From the sequence record MW760841.1: 64,000 nucleotides of DNA, one strand, 5' to 3'. Positions within the stretch are counted from its first letter, which is position 1, and every line of letters begins with the position of its first letter. Shown piece by piece: positions 5,618 through 16,069 of the stretch. The notes beneath the pieces were generated by a model. The model was not told the DNA's origin, searched no databases, and saw only the letters and a list, made by a program, of their open reading frames with translations. Both the position numbers and the translations under genes were made by a program.

Positions 5618-6127
5618 ATGTTTACAGTTCAACGTATCGTTAAAGGTACCCGCTGCCCTATCGACCTGGAAGAACCGGCGCTTGGCGACCGTGACTCCGA
5701 TGTCTTTAAGGAAGCCATGAAACTGGCACAGGAATCCATTGACACGCAGAGCGAAGCAGTCATGGACATGAACCTGGCCGATGCCCGAGAAATTATCGGG
5801 ATGCAGGAGAAGTTCAATTCTCCTGAAGGCGTGGATGAAGAAACCGCAAACGCCTTGTGTCAAGAATTTACCGCAGTGGACTTAGAGTTCCATTACGATG
5901 ACTCCAAACCGGAAGAGCAACCCCAGCAGGCAGTCCTGTTAGGTTCTCGTCCTGGCACGCGTTCTCTGGACGAAGCCATTGGGGTGTTGTCGTATGCACT
6001 TGAAGACCGCCGTGACCCGGAGAAACCGGAAACGTACGTGCAAGCGTGTCGTTACGAGTTCTTCTATCCAGGGGACCAAGTCTACGTAACCAACCGTTAC
6101 GGTAAGACCGTCGATTCCCTGCGTTAA
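5618..6127 (+). CDS. Hypothetical protein
   Basis: 169-aa ORF, RBS AAGGA; C-terminal VYVTNRYGKTV resembles a motif common in small phage proteins. Confidence 0.8.
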   Translation: MFTVQRIVKGTRCPIDLEEPALGDRDSDVFKEAMKLAQESIDTQSEAVMDMNLADAREIIGMQEKFNSPEGVDEETANALCQEFTAVDLEFHYDDSKPEEQPQQAVLLGSRPGTRSLDEAIGVLSYALEDRRDPEKPETYVQACRYEFFYPGDQVYVTNRYGKTVDSLR

Positions 6128-6223
6128 CAGAATCAACCCGCTCGTTGATATCGATGTTGTTGGAGCCACCCACTCCTGCCTGAAACCGACATCATGCAGT
6201 ACCCTTCGAAAGCCGACATGCCT

Positions 6224-6270
6224 GGTACCCCCTACCCCTTTCGGGGTAGGGACGTATCCTATATTTTTTT
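6224..6270 (+). terminator. Probable intrinsic terminator
   Basis: CCCTACCCC-TTTC-GGGGTAGGG hairpin with a T-run a short distance downstream. Confidence 0.55.
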
Positions 6271-6272
6271 GG

Positions 6273-6291
6273 ATATATATCATTTAGGTGA
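6273..6291 (+). promoter_or_regulatory. Degenerate copy of the phage early-promoter-like motif
   Basis: ATATATATCATTTAGGTGA upstream of 6341. Confidence 0.4.
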
Positions 6292-6340
6292 GATTACAAT
6301 TCCGTAATCAAATGCCTACAGCCTATCAAGGAGTTCTATT

Positions 6341-7354
6341 ATGTCAGCAGTTATCGCAGCCTCAGCCATCGGCACCCTGATGTCTTTCGGTTATACCGAA
6401 CTCGAAGCTAAGCGTATCCGTTCTTTCTTACCACGTCGCTTCCAGACCTTCGGACAACCGTTACCACCGACCAACATCGACGCATGGTTAATCTACCGTG
6501 CCGTTAAGCATTACCTGTTGTGCACCAATGAGCGCGGTGTATTCAAACCGTATGCGGGCACCAGTGGCTATCTCTCCATGCAATCCACCGAGACCATGGT
6601 GTACGTGACCAATAAGGAAAAGATTAGTTTCAGCACAGTAGAGTTCGTACGTCACTTCGGTGACGCGTTCTATACTGACATGAATGAGCAGGAAGGTAAG
6701 CGCATCGTCCGTATGAATCAGGATGGCTCCTTCGTGGTTAAGAACCGTCGACTGGAACAACTGTTCCGTGAGATGGAACAACGTGCTAATCGTCCAGAAG
6801 GTCCAGGCTGTCACACCAATCCGTACATGAGCGCCAATACGGGAGCATTCTACTTACCGGTGGATGAAACCTACAGCGCCAGTGATATCTTCGCCATGTA
6901 CACCCATGGGGCATTGGCCACGGAATACGTCCAGGATCAGAACTTCCGTAAGGTAATGTTATCCGGGGTTGATTTCCACATCGTGGCGAAGTACCTGTAC
7001 TTCCTGTACTGCGAGAAACTGAAAGGTGAACCACATGGTGAACATTTCGAAGCCATACGTTTCACCATCACCCGGACTCTGGACAGTCGTTTCGTAGATG
7101 GGTTCACTTACTACCCGCACCGTCGTGGCAATGCGATTTACTTTGCAGACCAAACCGCACTGACACCTAACGGGCTGGTGCCGGTTGTGCCAATGCAGTT
7201 GATGATGAACTCTGTCCCGGTCAATTATTACTCACATGGCTTCATGGTACGTTTCAGTCTCAACGGCCACATGGAATCCTCACCGAGCATTCCACTGTCA
7301 GTGAAAAAGTATTTCACTCTTGAAGAGTGGGCTACTGCATTGAACAAACAATAA
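6341..7354 (+). CDS. Hypothetical protein
   Basis: 337-aa ORF, RBS AAGGAG, followed by a terminator. Confidence 0.85.
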   Translation: MSAVIAASAIGTLMSFGYTELEAKRIRSFLPRRFQTFGQPLPPTNIDAWLIYRAVKHYLLCTNERGVFKPYAGTSGYLSMQSTETMVYVTNKEKISFSTVEFVRHFGDAFYTDMNEQEGKRIVRMNQDGSFVVKNRRLEQLFREMEQRANRPEGPGCHTNPYMSANTGAFYLPVDETYSASDIFAMYTHGALATEYVQDQNFRKVMLSGVDFHIVAKYLYFLYCEKLKGEPHGEHFEAIRFTITRTLDSRFVDGFTYYPHRRGNAIYFADQTALTPNGLVPVVPMQLMMNSVPVNYYSHGFMVRFSLNGHMESSPSIPLSVKKYFTLEEWATALNKQ

Positions 7355-7362
7355 CTTAAAGA

Positions 7363-7390
7363 GGTGACCTTCGGGTCACCTTCTTTTTTT
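7363..7390 (+). terminator. Intrinsic terminator
   Basis: GGTGACC-TTCG-GGTCACC plus T-run. Confidence 0.85.
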
Positions 7391-7425
7391 ACTGTAAGGG
7401 CTGTTCCTTATAGGAGGAGATAATC

Positions 7426-7878
7426 ATGGCCAACTTAGTTCCAACCAGTTACAGCTTCGAATTACTGTTCGCAAAGTACGCTGCGAAAGATATCTTCAAC
7501 GCTTTCCAGGATGGCGTCATGCCGGGAAGTTTCCAACCGAACAACCGCTACGATGAACTGTTGCACGATGATGTGTTAGGGTTTGTCTTCCACCATCCGA
7601 TATTCCAAGAGTGGCGTGACACACTCAAGCTCGAAGAGAATACATCGGTTATTCGCATCGCTAATGAGTGCCCCGTGATTGAAACCGGGTACAACCTCTC
7701 GACGCAGGAAGTCCGTCGCTTCAGACGAGATGGTAAAGTTATCCTGAGTTTCATGCGCTCCATGGCGCAGAGCCTCACGGATCGTGCACTACCTTATGAG
7801 GAAGTGTTCGCGGTCATCATGGACGCCATCTTTACTGCACAACACGTCATGGGCTCGAACATCGAGAACGTTCACTGA
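7426..7878 (+). CDS. Hypothetical protein
   Basis: 150-aa ORF, RBS AGGAGG. Confidence 0.85.
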   Translation: MANLVPTSYSFELLFAKYAAKDIFNAFQDGVMPGSFQPNNRYDELLHDDVLGFVFHHPIFQEWRDTLKLEENTSVIRIANECPVIETGYNLSTQEVRRFRRDGKVILSFMRSMAQSLTDRALPYEEVFAVIMDAIFTAQHVMGSNIENVH

Positions 7879-7945
7879 TTTTTTACGCCAGATACCCTCC
7901 CTATAGGGAGTCTGAGCATTATTAGATTCCGATAGGAGAAGAAGC

Positions 7946-8332
7946 ATGAAGACGAAGCTGCGTCCTCTGGATGTGATTCTCGCCCATCCAGAAACGTTAG
8001 GTAAGATTAAGCCCAAGTCCGACTTGGACAAGCAGCTGTTGGAATGTATCGAGTGGGGGTTTGCTTTCCACCCGGACGAGACAACGAATACAAAGAAGCT
8101 TGACGTTGCTGACGAGGTAGAGATTGACTGGAGTGAAAAGGAAGGGTTCGATGATGTGAAGCGGTACGTGGAACAGGCAACTGTCCCCGCGCTGATTCCC
8201 ATTGCAGGTAAGGCCGAACATGTAATCTCGTTACGCCGTGTTGCCAACGCTCAGGAAGAGACGGTACGCAACGGTGAAGCGTGGTCATATGGCACAGCCA
8301 GCCACTTGAAGAACTTGCTCCTGCAAGCATAA
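7946..8332 (+). CDS. Hypothetical protein
   Basis: 128-aa ORF, RBS AGGAG. Confidence 0.8.
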   Translation: MKTKLRPLDVILAHPETLGKIKPKSDLDKQLLECIEWGFAFHPDETTNTKKLDVADEVEIDWSEKEGFDDVKRYVEQATVPALIPIAGKAEHVISLRRVANAQEETVRNGEAWSYGTASHLKNLLLQA

Positions 8333-8337
8333 TACCC

Positions 8338-8376
8338 TACCCCTGCTTGCGCAGGGGTAAGTATTTCTTTTTTTTT
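8338..8376. terminator. Terminator between convergent genes
   Basis: TACCCCTGC-TTGC-GCAGGGGTA plus T-run. Confidence 0.75.
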
Positions 8377-8378
8377 GT

Positions 8379-9191
8379 TTACGATTTGTAACGACCACCG
8401 GCCTGCCAGTTGTAACGGTCTCCGATGTTGTCGTTGTGAATCATTGCACGTTTCACCGCAGGGATGGTGTCATTGAATGAATCCCCCGCATCGGAGTAAC
8501 CTTCAATCACGTTCTTGAAGGCACCGAACTCCATCCCGTTCTCCAGCTTACCGGAGTCCATGTCGAAGATCAGTTTGTTGTAGATGTACTGCTTGACCGC
8601 AAAGGTGGCCAGGGTGGCAATCAACGGATAGAAGTCTGGTTTGATTTCGTTCAGTTCTTCAGTCATGGCTAACTTGGCCATCAGCTTAGTTCCGTAGACG
8701 AACATCCCAGGGTCTTTAATCTTTACGACGTTCGGCCCGAGTACCTTTACCTCCGGAGAGGAGATACGCGGTAGGGCAGACTGGGAATCCACGACCTGTT
8801 GGTTAGAGGCCAGGATACCGGTAGTGGCACCGTCCAGGTAAGAACCCGCAGGTGGTAGGGTGTATGCCTGTCCGGCTACTGGCGTGATCGCCAGATACCC
8901 CCCGATGATTTCACGACCCCCGGTTTTGAAGTCGTCGATGAAGTAGATACGGCTGTAGTAGTCCTGGGTATCGTTCTCATACGGCAAACCTTGCAGGTCC
9001 ACTTCTTCAAACTGACCCATACGGCAGATTTCAGGGATAACGTATTCGTCCAGCACCTTTTCAGTAATTTCGTTGTCCACTCCGCTCGCAATACCCAAGG
9101 AGCGTAAGTTTTCAGGAATAAAAGCGATCCGGAGAACTGGAGCAGGGATATCGCGCCGGATACGACGCAGGCAATAATCAATGACATTCAT
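8379..9191 (-). CDS. Conserved jumbo-phage protein, probably virion-associated
   Basis: 270-aa ORF, RBS GGAG, TATG late-promoter-like site upstream; function inferred from position only. Confidence 0.7.
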   Translation of the reverse strand: MNVIDYCLRRIRRDIPAPVLRIAFIPENLRSLGIASGVDNEITEKVLDEYVIPEICRMGQFEEVDLQGLPYENDTQDYYSRIYFIDDFKTGGREIIGGYLAITPVAGQAYTLPPAGSYLDGATTGILASNQQVVDSQSALPRISSPEVKVLGPNVVKIKDPGMFVYGTKLMAKLAMTEELNEIKPDFYPLIATLATFAVKQYIYNKLIFDMDSGKLENGMEFGAFKNVIEGYSDAGDSFNDTIPAVKRAMIHNDNIGDRYNWQAGGRYKS

Positions 9192-9312
9192 TTAAAGCTC
9201 CTGTGAAGCATTTTAACGGCGTTCATACCAACGGGTTAACTCACCCATTACCTTACTTAAAAAAATACGTTACAACGCCATTATGTGCGTGCCGCAGTCG
9301 AAGAATTTTTAC

Positions 9313-9331
9313 ATAGATATTATCTTGATGA
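9313..9331 (+). promoter_or_regulatory. Phage early-promoter-like motif
   Basis: ATAGATATTATCTTGATGA upstream of 9356. Confidence 0.6.
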
Positions 9332-9355
9332 CATTCCAGAAGGAGTATCAACCCA

Positions 9356-9670
9356 ATGATAGTGTATTTCATGCTCAAGCCCCCACCAGAACCCATCTCG
9401 GTAAACGAGTTGATAGCTGGTATCCGGGAGCTGCTTTACTTCGACAGCCACCCCGATATTCCGAAGTATATCTTAGATATAGCGAAGACGTACGATGGCT
9501 CCGAAGCCTGGCATACGCTCTGGTGGCTTGGACGTGGTCATACTGAGCCTTTCACCTACTGTAATGGAGTTGTAAAAACGTGGTCAGAATTCACATTAAG
9601 CCAAGTGATGTGCACGCAGACTTTTGGGACCGTGTTGCCAAAACGCCGTACGCTGCCGCATTGCGCATAG
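9356..9670 (+). CDS. Hypothetical protein
   Basis: 104-aa ORF, RBS AAGGAG. Confidence 0.7.
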   Translation: MIVYFMLKPPPEPISVNELIAGIRELLYFDSHPDIPKYILDIAKTYDGSEAWHTLWWLGRGHTEPFTYCNGVVKTWSEFTLSQVMCTQTFGTVLPKRRTLPHCA

Positions 9671-10239
9671 ATGAACCAAAAAAGCAAGAGGTGACTGTTC
9701 AGCTACTCCATGCCGCATTAGAGGATATCTTCTTATCCATTGAAGAAATGCCTAATGCGCAGTTGACTGACCACCTCGAGCCATTCCTCGATCGTCCGAT
9801 GATGCACCAACTTCTCCAGAAGCATGGCGTTTTAGACGAACCTGAAATCCTTCGCAGCAAAGCGAAGTTGGTGTCGGATACCGTTATCGGTACTGATTAC
9901 CTGGGCACAAAAGTAGTGGAGCATGTGGTGTACGAAACGCCGATGATGTTAATCAATGCGGCCTTCGAACAGACATACCACGACTTTGTGAACGTCATTG
10001 AGCAGTTACTGAAAACCAGTTTCCGCCAAATGAACAAACGTCTGAATCGTTATGCAGTGGTGGAGATGGTTCCGCATATCTCACATAACTCCCGCATCGT
10101 TTCATTGGAGCTGGTAATAGGTGAAGACATCAGACACATTCATTATCGGCAATGCTTCCCGAATGGACGTTACAAAGCCCCAGTCGTCTGTAACGATGAT
10201 ACGCTTCGTGACGTACAAAGCATACTTGCGGATAATTGA
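9580..10239 (+). CDS. Hypothetical protein
   Basis: 219-aa ORF with GTG start after GGAG; overlaps the previous gene. Confidence 0.75.
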   Translation: MVRIHIKPSDVHADFWDRVAKTPYAAALRIDEPKKQEVTVQLLHAALEDIFLSIEEMPNAQLTDHLEPFLDRPMMHQLLQKHGVLDEPEILRSKAKLVSDTVIGTDYLGTKVVEHVVYETPMMLINAAFEQTYHDFVNVIEQLLKTSFRQMNKRLNRYAVVEMVPHISHNSRIVSLELVIGEDIRHIHYRQCFPNGRYKAPVVCNDDTLRDVQSILADN

Positions 10240-10567
10240 AAACGCACACACTAACGACGTCTATCTTTCGGGGTACGATTGTCAAACCACCTTGAAGTTC
10301 GTGGTCTGGGATTTATTCCAGTATCTCATCCACCACTTCAATCCGTACGCTGGCATTAACTACGACGATGTCGTAATGATTGTTAGAGTACAACTCCCCA
10401 AAGCGCCCAGACACATTGCGTTCGAATGGGCCGAAATAGTACGCAGAGCTATGTGCGAAGAATTCAATATAGCGTACAAGGGGTATACACTCACTTACGA
10501 ACTTGATGATGAGTTTGTTCGTGTCACCACGAAGAAGGTGATGGAAAGTGCAGACGATCTATTTTGA
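10196..10567 (+). CDS. Hypothetical protein
   Basis: Within track ORF 10121..10567; in-frame ATG 10196 chosen, start uncertain. Confidence 0.65.
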   Translation: MIRFVTYKAYLRIIENAHTNDVYLSGYDCQTTLKFVVWDLFQYLIHHFNPYAGINYDDVVMIVRVQLPKAPRHIAFEWAEIVRRAMCEEFNIAYKGYTLTYELDDEFVRVTTKKVMESADDLF

Positions 10568-10937
10568 GCTACCCGACACCTATCGGGAAATGCTTAAACC
10601 ACTGGATCAGTTCGCCGGGCAAGACTACTTCCAGCACCAGGAAACGATTGACCACTATATCGAACAACTGGTTCGTATAGAGATCGCTCGACGTTGGTGT
10701 CACGGCAGTCGAGTTCGCACGAAAGAGTGGTTTAAAGCGACCATCGCGGAAGAACCGATTTCCAACGATTACTTCGTTAATCAAGCGATACAAACCTACA
10801 TCGTCCACTCCTCGGATTTGTGGCGATGTGTAAACCGTGAACTAACCTTCACACCGACCGGTCAATTCATGATGTGGCACGTTGACTTCGGACTGTGGAA
10901 GATGATTGCATCAGGAGTTAAGTACCATGTTGAGTAA
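10548..10937 (+). CDS. Hypothetical protein
   Basis: 129-aa ORF in a tightly packed operon. Confidence 0.7.
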   Translation: MQTIYFELPDTYREMLKPLDQFAGQDYFQHQETIDHYIEQLVRIEIARRWCHGSRVRTKEWFKATIAEEPISNDYFVNQAIQTYIVHSSDLWRCVNRELTFTPTGQFMMWHVDFGLWKMIASGVKYHVE

Positions 10938-11433
10938 TTCATACTTTCTGATTCCTGACTATCAGGATATCTGTGGCCCTCTGTCAGAGTTTGATCCGCA
11001 TGCTGTTCTGCGGGAGGTTAACGATGACTTGAACAGCGTCATTAACAAAGCGTTTGCATTTGTTGAGACCGGGTCAATCGGTGACGAACTGCCGTTTATG
11101 TTACCACTGACGTATGGCTACGTGGCGACAGAGTTGTCTTCTCGGGGTATTACGTTAGATGGCCCACAGGCTATCGTGTACGGCCGTGCGATTCAGGATG
11201 TGGGTAAGGTATTCATGACCGCTGTCTCTACCTCCCCGCACTGGTTCACGCGCTATGGGAAGTGGGTCGGCGCACGTTACAGCATTAACTGCGTAGGCGG
11301 TGTGGAGTTCTTACTGGACTATAATCAGGTCAAGCACCCACAGCTTGAAACAGCGGAAGCGTTCGACAATCTGTCACCGAAGTTATTGACAGTTATCGAG
11401 ATGCTGATCGGTACGCTGGGCGGTCGCCTATGA
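10927..11433 (+). CDS. Hypothetical protein
   Basis: Track ORF 10906..11433; ATG 10927 after AGGAG. Confidence 0.75.
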   Translation: MLSNSYFLIPDYQDICGPLSEFDPHAVLREVNDDLNSVINKAFAFVETGSIGDELPFMLPLTYGYVATELSSRGITLDGPQAIVYGRAIQDVGKVFMTAVSTSPHWFTRYGKWVGARYSINCVGGVEFLLDYNQVKHPQLETAEAFDNLSPKLLTVIEMLIGTLGGRL

Positions 11434-11948
11434 TTGTCTACTACGATGCAACTGAGCGTGTAGACGAATACGGCAAGTCTAAGTTCTACGAGATGGTACG
11501 AGAGAACATCTCGGAAATCTTCGAGAAGAGCGGGTTGGAAATACTGGCTAACGAAAACCACGGTAGCGATAAAGCCATCATCGAAATCTATCAGAAGTAC
11601 GCCTATGCGTTCGTGATCGGTATCATGATGAACAACTCTGCTCAGTTCGAAGACAACTTCTTCGAAGAGCTGAATGACCCTGTCGGGGGTTGGCGTCAAA
11701 TGGAAGAGGGTGGCGATGAATGGGGTTCCACCGTGTGGAGCGAATCTGTTGTCCCTAATACCTACGGGTCAATTGAGCAACAGAACACCGCGCGCATTAC
11801 GGCGGTGAACCTGTTTAATGAGCAGGGGCGAAATCAAACCGACCTGGCTGGGTTAGTACGCCAGCTGTACCCAGGGCGTTACCTGAACCATTACGGTGAC
11901 GATTTCAAAGGGCTAGTGGTGGTATGCGAGCATGAAAGTCTATTTTGA
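11430..11948 (+). CDS. Hypothetical protein
   Basis: 172-aa ORF, ATGA overlap with the upstream stop. Confidence 0.8.
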   Translation: MIVYYDATERVDEYGKSKFYEMVRENISEIFEKSGLEILANENHGSDKAIIEIYQKYAYAFVIGIMMNNSAQFEDNFFEELNDPVGGWRQMEEGGDEWGSTVWSESVVPNTYGSIEQQNTARITAVNLFNEQGRNQTDLAGLVRQLYPGRYLNHYGDDFKGLVVVCEHESLF

Positions 11949-12369
11949 GTTACGTGACATCTGCGACATCGACGGTATACTCGGGCGGGTAAATATCGAA
12001 TCGTCGTACTACAATCCAAAGCGAACGCCACACTTGTGTTATATGTTCGTCGCGGAATACGCAAGACAGGCACTGGAGCAGATTGTGAACCATGGGCTGG
12101 GCGTGGGGTTTGTAACCTTCACGCCACCTGACCAGTTTCGCATTCTGGCCCAGATGAAACAACTCTGGTCAGAAGAAGACATTCTTGCACTGCGTATCAG
12201 TTTCGACTCGATAGCACTGCATGAAGAAGTGCGCTTCTTTGAGTTACAGCAAATCGTGCAAGCAACCTGCGTCTATTCCGGATTGAATCGTATGGAAGTC
12301 GCTGAGCGAACCAAGGTTACTCTCTTTATGAATGAGATTGGTAACGCACTGATTTGCATGGAGTGCTAA
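11932..12369 (+). CDS. Hypothetical protein
   Basis: 145-aa ORF, operon packing. Confidence 0.75.
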   Translation: MKVYFELRDICDIDGILGRVNIESSYYNPKRTPHLCYMFVAEYARQALEQIVNHGLGVGFVTFTPPDQFRILAQMKQLWSEEDILALRISFDSIALHEEVRFFELQQIVQATCVYSGLNRMEVAERTKVTLFMNEIGNALICMEC

Positions 12370-12378
12370 GGAGCACAG

Positions 12379-12975
12379 ATGATTTATAACGTGTTGGCCA
12401 TCCACTCCTGGGGAATCAAGTTGGGTGTGGTCGGCTACCTCACGGACGGCGAAGTGTTTTTGGAGGCGGTTGAAAAGACCGTGGCGAAGTTCCCAAAGAT
12501 GCGCGTCGACTTACCGGTAGGGGAGCTGGAGAGTGATGTAATCTATACCGCGTTACGTACGGCCGCAATGGTTTATCTCGATGACCATCAGACCGTGTTG
12601 CCTCGCGTGCAGTTAAGTCGTCTGAAATCGTTCCTGGATTCGCTGAGTGATGAGTACCGCCGTTGGAAGTTCGACGCCGGTATGGAATGTACGTCCAACG
12701 ATGCGGTGATGGAAGAATTGACTCCGTTGATTCAACTTCACCGTTCTGTGAGCAGTGACAATTTCAGTGTGGCTAACACCATCCTGGAATACGCCATCGA
12801 AAACGTCTCGCAGTTCTTTGCGAAACAAATCGTGGAAGAGTTCGCTCATGTAGTTGCAGCGTACCGTCTCATGCACAAAGGAAACATTGAGCGGTTAGTC
12901 GTCACGCTCGATTTCCCACAGTGTAAATTCAACATCATGGATATGAGACTGCACATTCACGTAGCGGAGGAGTAA
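12379..12975 (+). CDS. Hypothetical protein
   Basis: 198-aa ORF, RBS AAGGAG. Confidence 0.8.
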   Translation: MIYNVLAIHSWGIKLGVVGYLTDGEVFLEAVEKTVAKFPKMRVDLPVGELESDVIYTALRTAAMVYLDDHQTVLPRVQLSRLKSFLDSLSDEYRRWKFDAGMECTSNDAVMEELTPLIQLHRSVSSDNFSVANTILEYAIENVSQFFAKQIVEEFAHVVAAYRLMHKGNIERLVVTLDFPQCKFNIMDMRLHIHVAEE

Positions 12976-13382
12976 TGTACGACATTAAGCAGTTAGAAGC
13001 CGGAGCGGTGGTGAACATCACGTATGACACCCCGATTAAGATGCCTGAGCAACGTGTTGTTGTCTTGGGCACCTGCGGTTATGAAATGGCCAAGAGCATT
13101 GAAGACGTCAATGCTACTCAAAAAAACATCTATTCCAGCATCGTCAGTCAGCCGGAAGACAATACAGCGAAATACCTGTATCTGATGTTCAAGGGTTCCA
13201 ATGGTAAGATTCGTGTAGCAGCGGATGCGTGGATTCGTGACGTCACTGTCATTAAGAACCTCACCGTCCGCTTTACCGTTACGGTGGATAACCGTGATGA
13301 AATCGATGAGATTACCAAGGCCCTGGCTATCCGTGGTTTAAACGATGTCAAGTACGAAATCGTGGACAACACGGCAGGTTAA
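12975..13382 (+). CDS. Conserved hypothetical protein upstream of DNA polymerase
   Basis: 135-aa ORF, TAATG coupling, RBS GGAGG. Confidence 0.8.
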   Translation: MYDIKQLEAGAVVNITYDTPIKMPEQRVVVLGTCGYEMAKSIEDVNATQKNIYSSIVSQPEDNTAKYLYLMFKGSNGKIRVAADAWIRDVTVIKNLTVRFTVTVDNRDEIDEITKALAIRGLNDVKYEIVDNTAG

Positions 13383-13387
13383 GAATG

Positions 13388-13426
13388 CCCCTCTTCGGAG
13401 GGGATTCTTTTTTTTTTTCTTTTTTC
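13388..13426 (+). terminator. Intrinsic terminator
   Basis: CCCCTC-TTCG-GAGGG hairpin plus a long T-run. Confidence 0.75.
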
Positions 13427-13479
13427 ACGGGAGCACTAAGTCTTATAGCAGAGAGAATCTAACGCCACAGGAGTACAGC

Positions 13480-15789
13480 GTGGAATACAAAGAACCATTC
13501 CGATTACCGGTCGACGAGTACAAGCGTGAGATCGATGTAATCGAAGGATACATGGAACAATTGACGTTGTACATCTGGCACCAAACAGATCACAAGTACA
13601 GCCATGAGTATATTCGTGGTCAGCTTGAGGAGATGTTTGCAGAAGGCGGCGAGTTAGCGCACAACTACCCATCGTGTAAGATGTGGGTGCGTAACCAAAC
13701 CACAGGCGATCGTGAAGAAAAGCATACCACGATTGATAAGCTATTTAAGACAGTGATTGCCAAGCAGATTATCTCTGCCCCGTCACTGACTTTCTATTTA
13801 CCAGAACATGTCAAGCGTTCTAAGCTCGCGGAGTTTACCGCAGAGAACGTGCGTAAGCGTGCTGTGGTAAAGAATGAGATGTACGAAGCGGCAGCAGCCG
13901 GTAACGAAGTCTTGAAGATTAACAAGAAGAACGAACAGAACGCCGTTAAGACATTGAACAACGGCATGTCGGGTGCGTTCTCCTCACCGTACACGGTAAT
14001 CTTCAACCAGTCCTCACACTCGGTGTTGACTTCGACCTGCCGTACTGCCACCTCGTTCGGTAATGCCGGTAACGAGCGTCTGTTGGGCGGTGCACGCCAC
14101 TACGACACACCGTCCCGCGTCATTGACCACTTCCTGAGCATCGGTACGTTGACGGACTTCATCTCCTTCAAAGAGTGCATGGACAAATACAACCTGCATG
14201 TGCCGACAGTCGAAGAAACGATGGATGTTATCCACTACTCTTCTGACTTGTACTGGCGTAGTGCCGAAGGTGCTGAACGTGTTCGTCACTTTGTTGAACG
14301 TGTATCCGATCTCGAACGTGCTGCGTTCGTGTACATGGGTGACTTCTTCCACCTGGCGAAATTCAACGACGAGTTCATGCGTGGCTTCATCACCGCGCTT
14401 ATCTCGAAAGAGATGGTGGAAGACTGCACGAACTGGACAGACGACCAGTGGAAAGCTGCTGAGAAGACTATCGACGGTGACATGAAAATCATCATCGGTC
14501 AGTTCCGTACAGATATCGTACCGTTGGGTAAATCCTTCGGTGACGTGAAACGCAAAGATAAGGAAACCGAAAAGGCGTTACCGTGGAGTGAGCAGGCTGA
14601 CTATAAAGAGCTGATTCGTTCCGCAGTGTTCCTGCAACGCACCATCGGCGGCTATGCGTGTCTGATTAAGAATATCCTGACCACCCGTAACCTGCCAATC
14701 AACATCGCCAGGATGCCGGATGTGGTACGTCGTGTGGGTGTGGTATCTGATACTGACTCCACCATGATGACCGCACAGTGGTGGGCACAGTGGTATTGTG
14801 GTCAGCATTACGGTGAAACCGCAACGCGTGTATCGGATGCAATGATTTACATTGCGACCCAACACCTGCGTCACCTGATGGCCAGCATGTCAGCCAACAT
14901 CGGCGTAGCGAAAGAGCGTATCTTCTTGTACGCCATGAAGAACGAGTTTAAGTTTGACTCCTTCGCATTGACCACCAAAGCAAAACACTACTTCTCCATT
15001 ATTACCGGACAGGAAGGCCAGCTGAAGAAAGACCCAGAGCTGGAAGTAAAAGGCGTAAGCTTACGTACGTCGAACATCCCGCCGGTTATCATGAAGGAGT
15101 TCAAGAAGACCATTCGTCAATTGTGTATCACCGTAGCCAAAGGTGAACGTATTGAGATTGTTCCGTTGATGGAGAAAGTGGCATCCATTGAGCATAACGT
15201 TGTGGACTCACTACGTAGCGGCAATGCGGGCTACCTGAAAACCACCAACATCAAACCGCGTGATGCGTATCAGGGTGATGAGAAGAGCTATCACTACCAT
15301 CGCATGTACAACACCATCTTCGGGCCGAAGTATGGCTACATCGAAGAACCGCCGTACGATGCTGTTAAGTTGCCAGTGAACCTGGAAACCAAAACCGCAT
15401 TGAAGGAATGGATTGAGTCTATCGAAGACCCGATTATTCGTAACGGTGCACAAGCCTGGTTTGAAGAAACGAAAGGTCGTACTTACAGCACCCTGATTCT
15501 TCCAGAGCACCTGGTAGAGAACCACGGGATTCCACCTGAACTGATCGCAGCCGCCAACGTGCGTAAAACTGCTTTCGCAACTGTTGAACCGTATTACCAT
15601 ATCCTGGAATGCTTAGGCGTCTTCATGATCGATAAGACTCGTACCCGTCTGCTGTCTGACTACTACGGCGAATCGCTAGAAGCCCTGGCTGAACTGCCAG
15701 ACCTGAAAGCGGTACGTTACGTACCGAAAGCAGAACGTGATGCGGAAGACGAAGATGAGGATGAAGATGGAGAAGAAGCCGAAGAGTGA
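13480..15789 (+). CDS. Split family-B DNA polymerase, polymerase subunit (phiKZ gp50-like)
   Basis: Motif B-like KTLNNGMSG, motif C VSDTDST, TKAKHY; GTG 13480 after CAGGAG; acidic tail. Confidence 0.85.
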   Translation: MEYKEPFRLPVDEYKREIDVIEGYMEQLTLYIWHQTDHKYSHEYIRGQLEEMFAEGGELAHNYPSCKMWVRNQTTGDREEKHTTIDKLFKTVIAKQIISAPSLTFYLPEHVKRSKLAEFTAENVRKRAVVKNEMYEAAAAGNEVLKINKKNEQNAVKTLNNGMSGAFSSPYTVIFNQSSHSVLTSTCRTATSFGNAGNERLLGGARHYDTPSRVIDHFLSIGTLTDFISFKECMDKYNLHVPTVEETMDVIHYSSDLYWRSAEGAERVRHFVERVSDLERAAFVYMGDFFHLAKFNDEFMRGFITALISKEMVEDCTNWTDDQWKAAEKTIDGDMKIIIGQFRTDIVPLGKSFGDVKRKDKETEKALPWSEQADYKELIRSAVFLQRTIGGYACLIKNILTTRNLPINIARMPDVVRRVGVVSDTDSTMMTAQWWAQWYCGQHYGETATRVSDAMIYIATQHLRHLMASMSANIGVAKERIFLYAMKNEFKFDSFALTTKAKHYFSIITGQEGQLKKDPELEVKGVSLRTSNIPPVIMKEFKKTIRQLCITVAKGERIEIVPLMEKVASIEHNVVDSLRSGNAGYLKTTNIKPRDAYQGDEKSYHYHRMYNTIFGPKYGYIEEPPYDAVKLPVNLETKTALKEWIESIEDPIIRNGAQAWFEETKGRTYSTLILPEHLVENHGIPPELIAAANVRKTAFATVEPYYHILECLGVFMIDKTRTRLLSDYYGESLEALAELPDLKAVRYVPKAERDAEDEDEDEDGEEAEE

Positions 15790-15793
15790 GGGT

Positions 15794-16069
15794 GTGTGGC
15801 GTGAAGGCTTAGGGATAACTATCCCCAGTCAAGCCGATTGGGCCTTACGCCGCATACGTGCTCCCTGGGAAATCTATCGTGAACTGATCAAGAACGATCC
15901 AAAGAGTCAGGAACTTCTTGAAATTCACGCCGTTGATATCGATGCCTGTATCCGGGACATGACGGAAGCTCAGCGTCAGGCTGTCCACGATAGCATCGTG
16001 GGTATCTTACAAACTGCTGTAAAAGAGGTATTGGTCAATGGCGTATCGCGATCCGAAGAAAGCGACTGA
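15794..16069 (+). CDS. Hypothetical protein
   Basis: Track ORF 15737..16069; GTG 15794 assumed as start. Confidence 0.55.
   Translation: MWREGLGITIPSQADWALRRIRAPWEIYRELIKNDPKSQELLEIHAVDIDACIRDMTEAQRQAVHDSIVGILQTAVKEVLVNGVSRSEESD

Noticed and set aside
9580-9670. Frameshift joining 9356 and 9580 ORFs
   Set aside because: No correctly phased slippery heptamer; the downstream ORF has its own GGAG plus GTG start
13345-13479. N-terminal extension of the DNA polymerase with a poly-Phe stretch
   Set aside because: It is the translation of the terminator T-run; GTG 13480 has a proper RBS
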